Below, in pieces: positions 53,533-64,000 of a DNA stretch of 64,000 nucleotides. Source of the stretch: Camelus dromedarius (Eukaryota); NCBI RefSeq assembly GCF_036321535.1, contig NC_087437.1:98892001-98956000 (forward strand), in the 5' to 3' direction. Positions within the stretch are counted from its first letter, which is position 1, and each line of letters begins with the position of its first letter. The position numbers and the translations under genes were made by a program. The notes under the pieces are model-generated. The model saw only the letters and a program-made list of their open reading frames with translations. It was not told the DNA's origin and searched no databases.

Positions 53533-53692
53533 CAATTTCTCTCTCACAGTTATTCTAGACAATTCAGTGTTGAATTCTAAGAGAACCCCAAATAGGGGTT
53601 TGAACCAACTATTTGATCAAGTTAAAAAATTTTCCATGGAATAGATCAGGCACATCAGATCCTCAAGTTGAATTCTAAAATAATACAGATAA

Positions 53693-54105
53693 CAGGCATA
53701 CTATTTTTTATGGTTCTTTGCAGATATGACATTTTTTACAAATTTAAAGTTTCCAGCAACACTGTCAAGCAAGTCTATTGGCACCATTTTGCTCACTTCC
53801 TGTCGGTGTGTCACATTTTCGTAATTCTCATGATATTTTAAATCCTCCACCAGCAAAAAGATTGTGACTTGCTGAAGGTTCAGATGACGGTTAGCATTCT
53901 TCAGCAATAAAATATTTTTTTAAATTTAGGTATGTACATTTGTAAAGACATAATGCTATTGCACACTTCATAGACTACAGTATAGCATAAATGTAACTTT
54001 CATATGCACTGGGAGACAAAAAACTCATGTGACTCCCTTTATTGTGATATTTCCTTTATGGTGGTGGTCTGGAACCGAATCCACGATATATAGAACGCAT
54101 GCCTA
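53693..54105 (+). mobile_element. Tigger1 internal-deletion derivative (TcMar-Tigger MITE)
   Basis: Left end caggcatac, Tigger1 5' motif ttttttacaaatttaaagttt...gcaagtctattggcaccatttt, and right end ggtggtctggaaccgaatcc...atgccta followed by TA. Confidence 0.9.
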
Positions 54106-55134
54106 TAACATCTCTTGTTTAGAGACAGCTTTTTCAAACATGATGCTAATAGCGTAAATCATAAAGGAAAATACTAATAGATTCAATGACATAAAAGCCA
54201 GGTTCCTTAGTATGTCAGAAATACATACAAAATTAAAACACCCACAAAAGCCTAGGGAATTGTTTGTAACACATGTGTTACAAAGAAATAATAAAGTGCT
54301 TTTATAAGTAAGGATAACTAATGCTACCATTTATTGATATGAAAAAGCCTTGGACATAATTAGGTTTGGGAGAAAAACTAAGAATTTTATTTAGGGAGCA
54401 TTAGACTTGAGATGCCTGTACAATATACAAGAGATATTATGTAGATAATTATATATCATATGTTCATAACTAAAAAGGCATTTTTTTTGCTTTTATACGA
54501 TTTTATAGATTTTACTCTTAATATGCAATATAAACCTTGATTTTTGGCTTTTCAGAATATGTTTCCAGGTGCATCTCTCAAAGATCGTTCTCATCTCCTT
54601 GACGCAATAAAAGATGCTAGATATAGTTCTGTCCTCTTCTCTTTTTCAAAGTATTATATTATCAATGACTTTATTTATCATATATCTTAATCTAATAAAG
54701 GAAAAAAGTTTATAAATGTCAGAAACTTGGTTTTGAAACATTTCCAGTAGTTTTTTAATTCAATCAGAAATTTGTGGATTTTGAAAAAGAAAGACAACAG
54801 TTTGAACTCAGAGCTTGCTGGTGAGGGAATTTCTGCTGAGGGAAAGATAAGAGACAGGGAAAGTGACTGCTGAATGTCCTTGTTGGCTTCAAAAGTTACA
54901 TTGCCCCAAAGGACACATCAAAATAAAACCAACAGTGATTATTTTGAAACGCAATTACCAATTTTTGCCCAAAACAAACAAAAAAGGGGAACAAGAAACT
55001 ATTTTCATGTATAGTAACTATAATTGTACAGCTTCTCAAATAGTCTAAGAAAAGGGTCTTACATTCAATGGTCAAGGCATTTTTTAAATTGGTAATTATT
55101 TTCATTTAAAGAGAATGTTTCCTTTCTCTTTAAA

Positions 55135-55305
55135 TACAAATACTGTATAATTTCACTCAAATGTGGAATCCAAAAACAAAACAAAACAAAAGAAATAAGC
55201 AAATATATCAAAGAAGAGCTAGAGTTATAGATACAGAGAACAAACAGGTGTTTGCCAGAGGGGAGGGGAGAAATAGGTGAGGGAGATTAAGAGGTACAAA
55301 CTATA
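55135..55305 (+). mobile_element. L1 3' UTR fragment (L1MA9-like)
   Basis: tttcactcaaatgtggaatccaaaaac...atagatacagagaacaaacaggtgtttgccagaggg...gattaagaggtacaaact. Confidence 0.8.
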
Positions 55306-55912
55306 AAGATAGATAAATAAAGAGAAGATTTTTCTATTTTCAAGTATTTATCACAAAAGAATGTACTGTCGTACACAAATGTCATACATATTTGAAGTCG
55401 CAATGATAGTCATTAACATGGCATTTCTCTTTACAGTTCCTTCAAAATATTTCTCAGTTCCACAAAGCCATTCTCTAGTGTTGCCATGAAGTAGACACTG
55501 TAGATTCTAGGTAGCAAAGACTATTTCTGAAACCAATGTTAAGTCAAAGAAATATAAAACATGGCATGACATTAAACTTCTGAACGTATATTAAGAATAA
55601 ACAGCTAGGATATGTTTCCTACTATTTCATGGAAGAAATAAAGACCTGCAAAGGCTGAACTTTGGTTGTGTAATATTCTATGCATTGTATAGATGTGCAA
55701 TTTAATTTAAGCAGAAACACACTGTGCCCTATTTCCTATATCCGTCCTTTTCCACCTCTAACAATGTGCTACCTTTTACAAGTTATAGAGATGAGTCTAA
55801 ATCATATCACGGAGTCCAGGGCAGAGTTAATGTAATGCACTGATGTAACATGTGAGGAGAAAAAAAGTCCCTTTCAATCTCCTCAAAAGCAAAATATATA
55901 TAAATATACATA

Positions 55913-56600
55913 TATCTCTGAAAATGTTTTTTTTTGCCAAGAAGACTCTCCTAAATGTGCTGAGGCTGGAATTAGACTAGCAGTCACAGGTGTCCCTGCT
56001 GGCTTCTGTGCAGCTTTCCCTTGTTTAGTTGCAGTAGTAGGTGCAGGTCCAGAAGATGCCAGCCTTGATGCTGGAGCCTTGGGTACAGGTGCAGAAGTGG
56101 GAGCCAAAGCCAGGACAGAGGCTGGTACTTGAGCCACAGCTGCTGCTGGGGATGAACCAACCACAGCAGTGGTGGCTGGATTTGATCACTGGGTGGCAGG
56201 TAGCCGGGGCTGGTGTTGTCAGCGCTTTGGGATTTGTCACCATAACTATTGTGAACTTTTCCTCATTATGATTGCATTCTTTGAGGGCCGTATCATCATA
56301 AAGGATTTTGTCTGCAAAAATTAAGTTTTGTCTGCAAAAATTAAGTTTTGTCCCATTACCCAAAATACATTGTTCACCTTCAGTGCTTTTACTACAAAGC
56401 TGCAGACAACTCCAAAGGGTCTGGTCACCTGCACTAAGCTGAATTCTGGAACCCAAGCCCTCACTGAGCCTGGAGCCCACAGCCCACATCACATCCCCAG
56501 GGCCAGACTCCTGCCCCCTCCCCCAACTCCACATCACAGTCCACTGTCCAGGCTTCTAGAAACCCTTCCTTTCCCCAGACCCACTGCCACACACAGCCCA
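55913..56600 (-). pseudogene. RAD23B: Decayed processed pseudogene of RAD23B: 5' UTR, ubiquitin-like domain and Ala/Pro/Thr linker only
   Basis: Translations QNLIFADKILYDDTALKECNHNEEKFTIVMVTNPKALTTPAPAT and AVAQVPASVLALAPTS...KQGKAAQKPAGTPVTAS...GESS match RAD23B QKLIYAGKILNDDTALKEYKIDEKNFVVVMVTKPKAVSTPAPAT...KQEKPAEKPAETPVATS...GDSS. No introns. The start codon appears as GTG (56434-56432, then CAG GTG ACC). Frameshifts and deletions present; G-rich, CpG-depleted leader upstream. Confidence 0.9.
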
Positions 56601-56999
56601 AATTATCTTTTAAATGACTAAATAGAATGAGTGTGTCTTGGTTTAAAAAGGAAAAGGAGGAAAAAAATTCCTACACTTGTATGTTAGTTCTCATCCCTTT
56701 AAAATAAGAGAAATTTATAGCCAAAGAGGTATAGTTCATACTGAAGAGATTATATCATACTATATTTTTAAAAACACATTTTTAACGACTAAAAATGGTT
56801 TTAAAACCATCTTTCTGTTTTTGGCATTAGTACTCAGCAAATAATAAGACCCAAATGTATGCAATGAAGAGGCTTGAGGAGGAACAGACTTAATCAAGAG
56901 GTCAATTTTGAACAATCTATGTGTGAACAACTTGTAGATATCCATGTGGAATTGTTTGTTGAGTAGGCAGATATTAATTGTAGAATTTTTATAAAGATA

Positions 57000-57830
57000 G
57001 CCTGAAAGCTGTGGGACTAAATGACATTATCTGAAAAGTGAATATACAGAGAGAGAGAGAAAAATTCTCTGGGGTAGACTGACCTAGAAACTATGAAGGC
57101 AAAGCAGAACTGTGCTCCACAAAGGAGTCTGGGAAGTAGTGGCCAGTGAGACAGAAGAAAATCAAGAGTAAGGAGGGTCTCGACATGGAGTGAAGAAAAG
57201 TATTTCAGGAAGGAAGGGATGATCGTTTGTAACAAAAACTCTTTGTGGGCCAAAAGCTACTAGGTAAGGTCATATCAGAACTAAGAATTGGCTATTGGAT
57301 TTGGCTGCATGGAGGTAACTGTTGACCTTGAACAACAGTTCTTCTGGAGAGAAAGAGACAGGAGGCAGATTGGAGGAGGGTCAAGGGAGTGTGGGGAAAC
57401 AGGAATTGTAGACAATGAGAGAACTGTTCTTAAGAAGTTTGGCTGTAAGGTGGAACAGAGAAATGGAAAATGTTGCTGAAGGACCTGAGGAATCAAGGTG
57501 AGTTTGTTGCTCTTTGTTATTTTCTTCCCTTTTTTTGTGGAAGAGAGAGGGGACAATTGCAGGAGTGAAGTCTTCGAGCAAATGAGAGGTGATGGGAGGC
57601 AGTACACAAAAGGAGGAGCTGACCTTAGGACCAAGGACAACCCATCATGTTGAACTACAGGAGGGAATGCAGGATATATGATTACAGATACAGGTTGGAA
57701 GATTGGTATTTTTCTATGAAATAAGAAACAAGGCCATCAGTTAAAAATGAGGAGGAGTGGGGAGGTGTGGGAGGTGTTTGCAGAGAGGAGAATGTGTGAA
57801 AGAGTTATGAGAGACAGGGAGATAGAATTG
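57000..57830 (-). mobile_element. L2 LINE internal region
   Basis: ggaaggaagggatgatc...ctattggatttggctgcatggaggtaactgttgaccttg...aagaagtttggctgtaagg. Confidence 0.75.
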
Positions 57831-58405
57831 CCTTGAAGAAATCTCACAAACTCTCCTCTTAGGCAAGTCAAATACCTGTACGGGGAGTTCAGACTGATAA
57901 AATAGTTTGGGGCCTTTTTGTAGAGTTTCATTCCATTGGAAGAAATGAGAACTCCCAATCAGTAGCCATTCTTCAGGAACTGCGCCCAGAAGTACCAGGC
58001 TTCAAAATTTACCTTCTTCATCATCCCACAGAATTTCAGGGGTTCAGTTTACTACAACTAAGAAGACAGCTTCATTTGCATTTATTTCTATTTAAGCCTA
58101 TACTTAGAGAGCAGTTCAAGAAATCATCAAGGTAATTGAGTTATATAGAGGCACCCTGCTTCCAAGATAGGCTGATTGAAACCACAGCCTTTGACAAAAT
58201 GGTCCCATCTCTGACACACACTGGCCTGATAAGTGAGACAAAGTATCAAATTATCATAGAGCCATTCAAATGAGGAAATCCTTCATTATAATCTACCAAA
58301 ATAAAGATCATTTAAACTTGGATAATGTTGGTGGTTTGTTACAACCTGTGTCAGTGACCACCTCATACTAACAGAAATAAAAGATAAAATTTTTTTTTAT
58401 TTGTA

Positions 58406-58881
58406 ATGTTAGGAAGAAAAAAATATCTTTTTCCCTCTTTCTGCTGAAGGTTCTTGGCTGAATCTCCATAACAAAAGACAGATTAACAAGGGAAAGTCAT
58501 ACAAATTTATTTAAGTTTTATGTGACACAAAAACTTTATAAGAAAGTGAAAACCCAAATAAGCAGTTAAAACATGAGTGTTTTTATGCTGGATTTTGTGA
58601 AGAGTGACAAACTGTGGGAAAATGTGATAGGAAGGGTATGAGCTAAGTGTAGTAGACTGGAGGAAACTTAACAAGACCTGTTCATTTACCTTCAGGGATA
58701 AGGATGCTCCTTTACTCCAGGAATAGCAAGGGCACATTTTACATGAGAGTCTTATGAGCTGCTTCAGATGAGAAGTCTGGAGAGTCCTTCCAGCGCCCAC
58801 TGTTTCTCCAATTCCTTTAACTTAAAATATTCAGTGTGTCACAGTGCCACATTTTGGGGTAGTGTGTTCTGAATCCTGTTA
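58406..58881 (-). mobile_element. ERV1 LTR of the MER4 group (MER34/MER39-like)
   Basis: ataacaaaagacagattaacaagggaaag...acaaatttattta near one end and gtgccacattttggggtagtgtgttctgaatcc at the other. Family name is from memory. Confidence 0.75.
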
Positions 58882-59448
58882 GTAACAATACTTTCCCTTT
58901 ATTCCAGAAAATCTTCAATAATAAAAAAGAACTCTGAGATTGTGGCACTAAATGTGATTTTCCAAGTATTTTAGATTAAGAAACCAAAACAATTTTATAA
59001 ATATGTAGTGAAATGCTGAACTCAATCAAGTTTTCAGATATGATGAGTTATTTAAAGTAATATATTAATACCAAAAAACTGACAGAATAAATTAAGAACA
59101 AACATTACTCTTGATTAATGGGAGTGTAAACAGTGTAACCTCTGAGAAAGAGTTCATGAAATGGCAATGATTGCTGTAGCTACACTTATTAACTGAAGAG
59201 CAAATGTTTCATAAATTAAATAACTGAAAACAATTTTCACTGTGTCACTGTTGAGACAGTGAAAGTTGACAAAAACTTAAAACATTAAATGTCAACTAAT
59301 GCTAAACATTGACAGCTTTTTAAAATTTTTTAGTTTTAAAATGTACTTAAATGACAAGATATTTAGTTCTAAGAGAATAGTTTTCACTCTTGGAATTAAC
59401 TATTACATGTGCCTACAAGTTTAGAAATATACAATTAGAAATAACTTA

Positions 59449-61842
59449 GGCTTCTGGGTTCAGCTTTCACAAGCAAAAAACTTGGAAGTTGTCACCGGTG
59501 GCCTTACAACAAGAAAAAACTGAACCAACTGGAAGTTCATGACTATTCTTGAACCCATCAGAGAACTGAAGTAGCAGGGCGAATTGCTAGGCAGAAATCT
59601 TAAGAGACAAGTTCATCCAGAGCGACACAGATGAGACTTGCTGACCTGGAGCAGAAGTGGCTGGAGCCATAAACTGGTAGGAACACTGAAAAGGTAATTT
59701 TGGTGAATGGCTGAAAGCAGAACGTGGACTAAGATAGGAGTGAGAAACTTCAGGGGCTGCAGTCTTAAGAGGTGCCCCACATTTTCATGGGCTTTGAGTC
59801 TGGTGCCTCCACTAGGTTCTCACTGTGACGATACAAGAAAGATCCCCATGGCTTTGGCTGGGGAAGGAAGAATAATCATTGTGAAATGAACCAATGGTTT
59901 TCACCATAACGAAGGATACTGTCCTGGGGAAAGGACTTTTCAGATTCTTATCCCAGCTGGTGGAAGGGAATTCCTCCCACTCTGTCCCCCCACCCCAGAC
60001 TTCCTGTTTCACCTAAAGAAGGAAAACAAAAACAAAGTCAACAGGAATCAGAGTTTTAAGGACATAGATTTGAAAGGTTGCAGCAAGGGAAGGGAGTAGA
60101 GGGCGGTGGGCAGGGGAAGCTGTACCATGGAGAAACATCTGCGAAGGTCATGGTCCAAGGACAAGGCCCATGAGAACACTGAAATTTAACTGAAATATGA
60201 TAGAATGCATTCCCTTGCCCCCACCACGCAATCATACCCGCAGGGCTCCAGGAAGACAGCGGCTTACACCTCTGAGTCCTACAAGAAGTAGACTCTCTCT
60301 GAGGAGGCATACTCAGGGAAGCCCAGTGTCAAGAGGAAAAACACAGCAAGGACACTGGAGGAATTTGAATCTTCTAGAACCTATTGCTACAGCAAAAACT
60401 AACATGAATCTTCACACTAAAGTCCTATTTAGTTCAGTTCTAATTATTCATACATATCAAATTCACCTTTTAACATAAAATTACAAGGCCTGCCAAAGGC
60501 AAGAAAAAACACAGTCCGAAGTGACAAGCAATAGAACCAGACTCAGAGAGGACACAGATTTGGGGAATGTCAGATGGGGAATTGAAAATAACTATGGTTA
60601 GCTTTTTTACACTACTCAGAGAGAGGTACATACACACAGCACTGTCCAAGGTTCCTATTGTAATTTACAGGGAAAATTTCACAATGTCCAGAGCCCTTGA
60701 TGTCCTACAAATGAAAGAGGCAAATGTCCTCAAACTCTTTGCAGCAGGAACCCACTTAGGTGGCACCAACATTGGCTTCCAAATAGAACAGTACATCATA
60801 AAAGGCAAAGGGATGGCATTGATGTCATAAATCTGAAGAAAACCTGAGAGAAGCCTCTGTTTGTGCCGTTGTTGCCTTGGAAAGCCCAGCTGATTTCAAT
60901 GCCATCGCATCCAGGAACATTGGCCAACAAGCTGGGCTGAAGTTTGCTGCTGCCATTGGAGCCACTCTGATGGCTGATTACTCCACTCCTGGAACCTGGA
61001 CTCAGATTCAGGCAGCCTTCCTGGAGCTGAGACTTCTGGTGGTTACTGACCCCAGTGCTGACCACCGGTGTCTCCCAGAAGTGTCTCCCACCTACCACTG
61101 TGCTGTGTCACACAGACTCTCCTCTGTGCTATGTGGACCTTGTCATCCATGCAGCAAACAGGGAGCTCAGTTAGCTGGTCTGGCGTGGTGGACGCTGGCC
61201 TGGGAAGTTCTGCACATGCATGGCACCACCACCTCCCGTGAACACCCACAGAAGGTCATGCCTATCCTCTACTTCTAAAGAAATCCTAAAGAGATTGAAA
61301 AGGAAGAGCAGGGTGCTGCTGAAAAGGCTGTGACCAAGGAGGAATTTCAGAGTAAACACACTGTTGCAGCTCTTGAGTTCACTGCCACTCAACCCAAGAT
61401 TGCAGGCTGGTCCAAAGGTGCAGGTGCCCTCGGCCTACTCAGTAGTTTTCTACTGAAGACTTGTCTGCAGCTCCCACTACTCAGGCCACTGAATGAGGAG
61501 GAGCAACCACTGAGCGGTCTTAGGCTGTTCATCCACAGACCCTTAAACAGATGGTGGAAATAAGGTTGATGGAAAATAAACAGTTTCTAAAAAAATTTTT
61601 TTAAATAAACAAGGTAACTATGATTAATATCATAAGGGTCCTAATGGAAAAAGTGGGCAACATGCAAGAATAGATGGGCAATGTAAGCAGAAAAATGGAA
61701 AATCTAAGAAAGAATCAAAAGAACATGGAAGAAGTCAAAAAATACAATAATAGAAATAAAGAATGCTTTCTATGGGCTCATCAGTAGACGTGACACACGA
61801 CCAAGGAAGGAATCAGTGACCTTGAAGATGGATCAATAGAAA
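59449..61842 (+). mobile_element. Old L1M 5' UTR/ORF1 fragment, split by the RPSA retrocopy
   Basis: aatagaaccagactcaga...ggaatgtcagatggggaattgaaaataactatg resumes after the retrocopy as ctaatggaaaaagtgggcaacatgcaagaatagatgggcaatgtaagcag...gggctcatcagtagac...aatcagtgaccttgaagat, the ORF1 coiled-coil region. Confidence 0.8.
60602..61610 (+). pseudogene. RPSA: Full-length processed pseudogene of 40S ribosomal protein SA (laminin receptor), disabled
   Basis: ATG at 60684 gives [38 protein letters not shown], the RPSA N-terminus. No introns. Frameshift near 60796; premature stops TGA 60845-60847 and TAA 61276-61278. Ancestral stop position 61521-61523, AATAAA 61575-61580, A-rich tail. TSD aaaataactatggtta (60585-60600) versus aaggtaactatgatta (61611-61626), 13/16. 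Confidence 0.97.
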
Positions 61843-62863
61843 TAGTTTAATTAAACATTCTAAGGGTTGGAAGAGACATTAAAAGTTACCTGGTGTATCT
61901 TCTCATTTTCTTTCTGAAAAATTGGATTAAAAATACATTATCTCTTCTGATGGGATGCCAATGATATAAATAATTAACTCTTGCCATCAAGACTATTGCA
62001 AATCAAAGCATATCATTTTGACACATAGATGAAACAACTTTAGGCATTTAAATACCATTGGCTTCTAAAGAGGCAATGCAACCCACTAGTTATATAAATT
62101 TATGATTTAATTTGGAGAATTAGAACAGCATTCTATATTTATCCCACTTGTTGCATATTATTGTGACCAATTCTTTTTAACATATTTGCATTGTCATTCT
62201 TTTACTAAATGGCCTACATTCTTCATGCTGTATTTTTCATACTTGTCTACTGCTACTTTGGTCCTTTCTGGCATTAAGGATCAGTTGTCAAACATTGGAA
62301 CTGAAAGGTCTTATTCACAGCCTTGCCTCTTTGGACTCCAGTATTTAACGTCACTCAGTCAGTGTTCAATTTCAGTCCAGCTGTTCATGTTTGCACATTT
62401 AGGTAACTTGCTTCCAAATATTCATGACACTGTGCTATTGAAGGTCAAGTTACAGTGAAGTGAACTTTTTATATATTGTAATGTCAGAAGATGAATAGTG
62501 CAGCCGTTTCTTAAGATTATGAGCTTTCCCTGGTTTCACTGAATGAAATTGGTATTTAAGCTCATATTCTCATATTCCATATACTCACGTGTGAAGTTCT
62601 GTGCCAGCGTAGAGGTGGCTAGGAAGAGGTGGCCCCTGTCTTCAAGGCATGATCAAGCTGTAACTGTGGTATTAGATTCACCTTGGTAGCTTTTTTAAAA
62701 CTTCTGTCACTCAGTCTTGTTTGAGTTGAGGCCCAGGTATATAATATTTAAGAGCTCCTCAGATGCTTTTAACGTGCCATCAGGAGTAGAATTACTGAAC
62801 TATATAGTGAGAAAATATCATGCAAATAGATTTGAAAGTGGTAGATAAGAATGTCACATGCAC

Positions 62864-62888
62864 TCACACACACACACACACACACACG
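62864..62888. repeat. (CA)n microsatellite
   Basis: About 12 CA units. Confidence 0.95.
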
Positions 62889-63794
62889 AGATTTCAGAGG
62901 ATGAGGAGCTTATATCCAATTGAGAAATCAGCAATAAAGGTTTCTGAGCTTAAAGGGCTGGAAAGACTTTGGAGAGGAATACTTGACTGAGTGGAGATGC
63001 ATTTCTAGCTGGCGGACACTAATACTGAAGGAAGGCAAAGAAATGCACTTGAAAATGACCTTGTTGAACGTAGAGAGAGGAGACCAGACCCAGAAGAGAA
63101 TACTGCAAGGAATTGTGGGAAGTAAGATGAGACAGGGAACAGGGTCCCAAATTGAGAGGACTTTAAAAACTTGAATCCCACACTGCTGTCATTATAAAAT
63201 ATCTCTTAAATAGCTTGTTGTATTACTTACCTCTCCAGAAACTTAAATCCACATTCCTGTTACCCAGCGTCAGTACTAAACATTACTAAAGCTGTTGAAA
63301 TCCCTGAGCTCCATTCCCTAATCATTACTGTCCCACCCTCTGCAGAGGTGATCCTCATCCTAGATTCAGGATTTATTATTCTCAAACACTTCTTAATACT
63401 TACATATATAGGTCCTAATGTTCCTAAAAAATAGAAAATTTTCAAGTTAAAAATATACTGTAAAGTATTGAAAGGAATAAATGTGGCATAATGAAAAAGG
63501 CGTTTCAGGAAGTTGAGCCCAGCTGTGACATACAAAATGCTTTTGTGTCAACTAGAAATATTTGGGCAAGAGTATGAAAGCAGGCCTGCAGAGAAAGAAA
63601 TGGATATCAGGGAATGGGAAGGACATCCTAGTGCCTTCAATATAGACAATGAGGAAGCAGGATGAGTCAAACAAAGATGTACAGCTGTGACCCTGAGAGA
63701 TCAGAATCATGATGTGGTGTTGACAGAGTCAATGAATTGCTCAGGAAGAACTGGTTTCTGGGAGTGTAGATGTTGTTTTGTGGAATTTGGCCCT

Positions 63795-64000
63795 ATTGAC
63801 CATCCCGTCATTGATGAAGCACTCTCCTCCTGGCCTTCTACTATACCTCTCTTTTGACTTTGTTTCTTCTCCTCTCATTGTTCCTTCTCAGTCTCCCTCA
63901 TGGCCTCCATTTTGTGTCTACTTCTTTTTACAGCTCATACTTCCCTGGACAGACTCATTCATTTCCAGGGCCTTAATACACAAATGCTGATGACTTCCAA
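63795..64000 (+). mobile_element. L2 fragment
   Basis: ttgaccatccc...tgaagcactctcctcctggccttc...actcattcatttccagggccttaatac...atgctgatgacttccaa. Confidence 0.7.

Noticed and set aside
53414..53644. Thr/His-rich ORF
   Set aside because: Translation of a (CAC/CAT)n low-complexity tract, with a non-ATG start.
56025..56537. 170-aa ORF containing a ubiquitin-like segment
   Set aside because: A mosaic of frames in the decayed RAD23B pseudogene. Only about 45 residues are in the RAD23B frame.
60567..60830. Apparent L1 ORF1-RPSA fusion ORF (87 aa)
   Set aside because: A chance in-frame read-through from decayed L1 sequence across the RPSA 5' UTR. It frameshifts after about 38 RPSA codons and shows no sign of selection.
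604..63990. Remaining 60-120 aa ORFs in the supplied track
   Set aside because: Lengths are as expected by chance, many start at TTG/GTG or lie within repeats, and none resembles a protein I recognise.
1..64000. CRISPR array, operon or other prokaryotic/phage system
   Set aside because: No regularly spaced repeat-spacer array and no long ORFs. The content is mammalian repeats and retrocopies.

Overview
AT-rich mammalian genomic DNA, most likely from a camelid (camel, alpaca or llama). The taxon is inferred from three tRNA-derived SINEs matching the camelid Vic-1 type and from young L1 3' ends. I found no intact, recognisable protein-coding gene, and nothing prokaryotic (no CRISPR arrays or operons). 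The window reads as intergenic or intronic sequence rich in transposable elements: L1 of several ages, L2, MIR, MaLR/ERVL/ERV1 solo LTRs, a Tigger1 derivative and MER5. Three retrocopies are well supported: a full-length but disabled RPSA processed pseudogene inserted into an old L1 ORF1 (60602-61610, +), a decayed RAD23B retrocopy covering only the 5' part of the mRNA (about 55913-56600, -), and a 33-nt 3'-truncated U2 snRNA pseudogene with target-site duplication (17539-17571, +). Notable structures are an L1 flanked by an unusually long (~75 bp) target-site duplication, a four-level nested insertion, two CpG-retaining patches with promoter-type motifs, and several small candidate exons that could belong to an unannotated spliced transcript (speculative). 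Repeat family names come from recalled consensus sequences and need RepeatMasker/Dfam confirmation. Boundaries of old repeats are approximate. I found no convincing evidence of a novel biological system.
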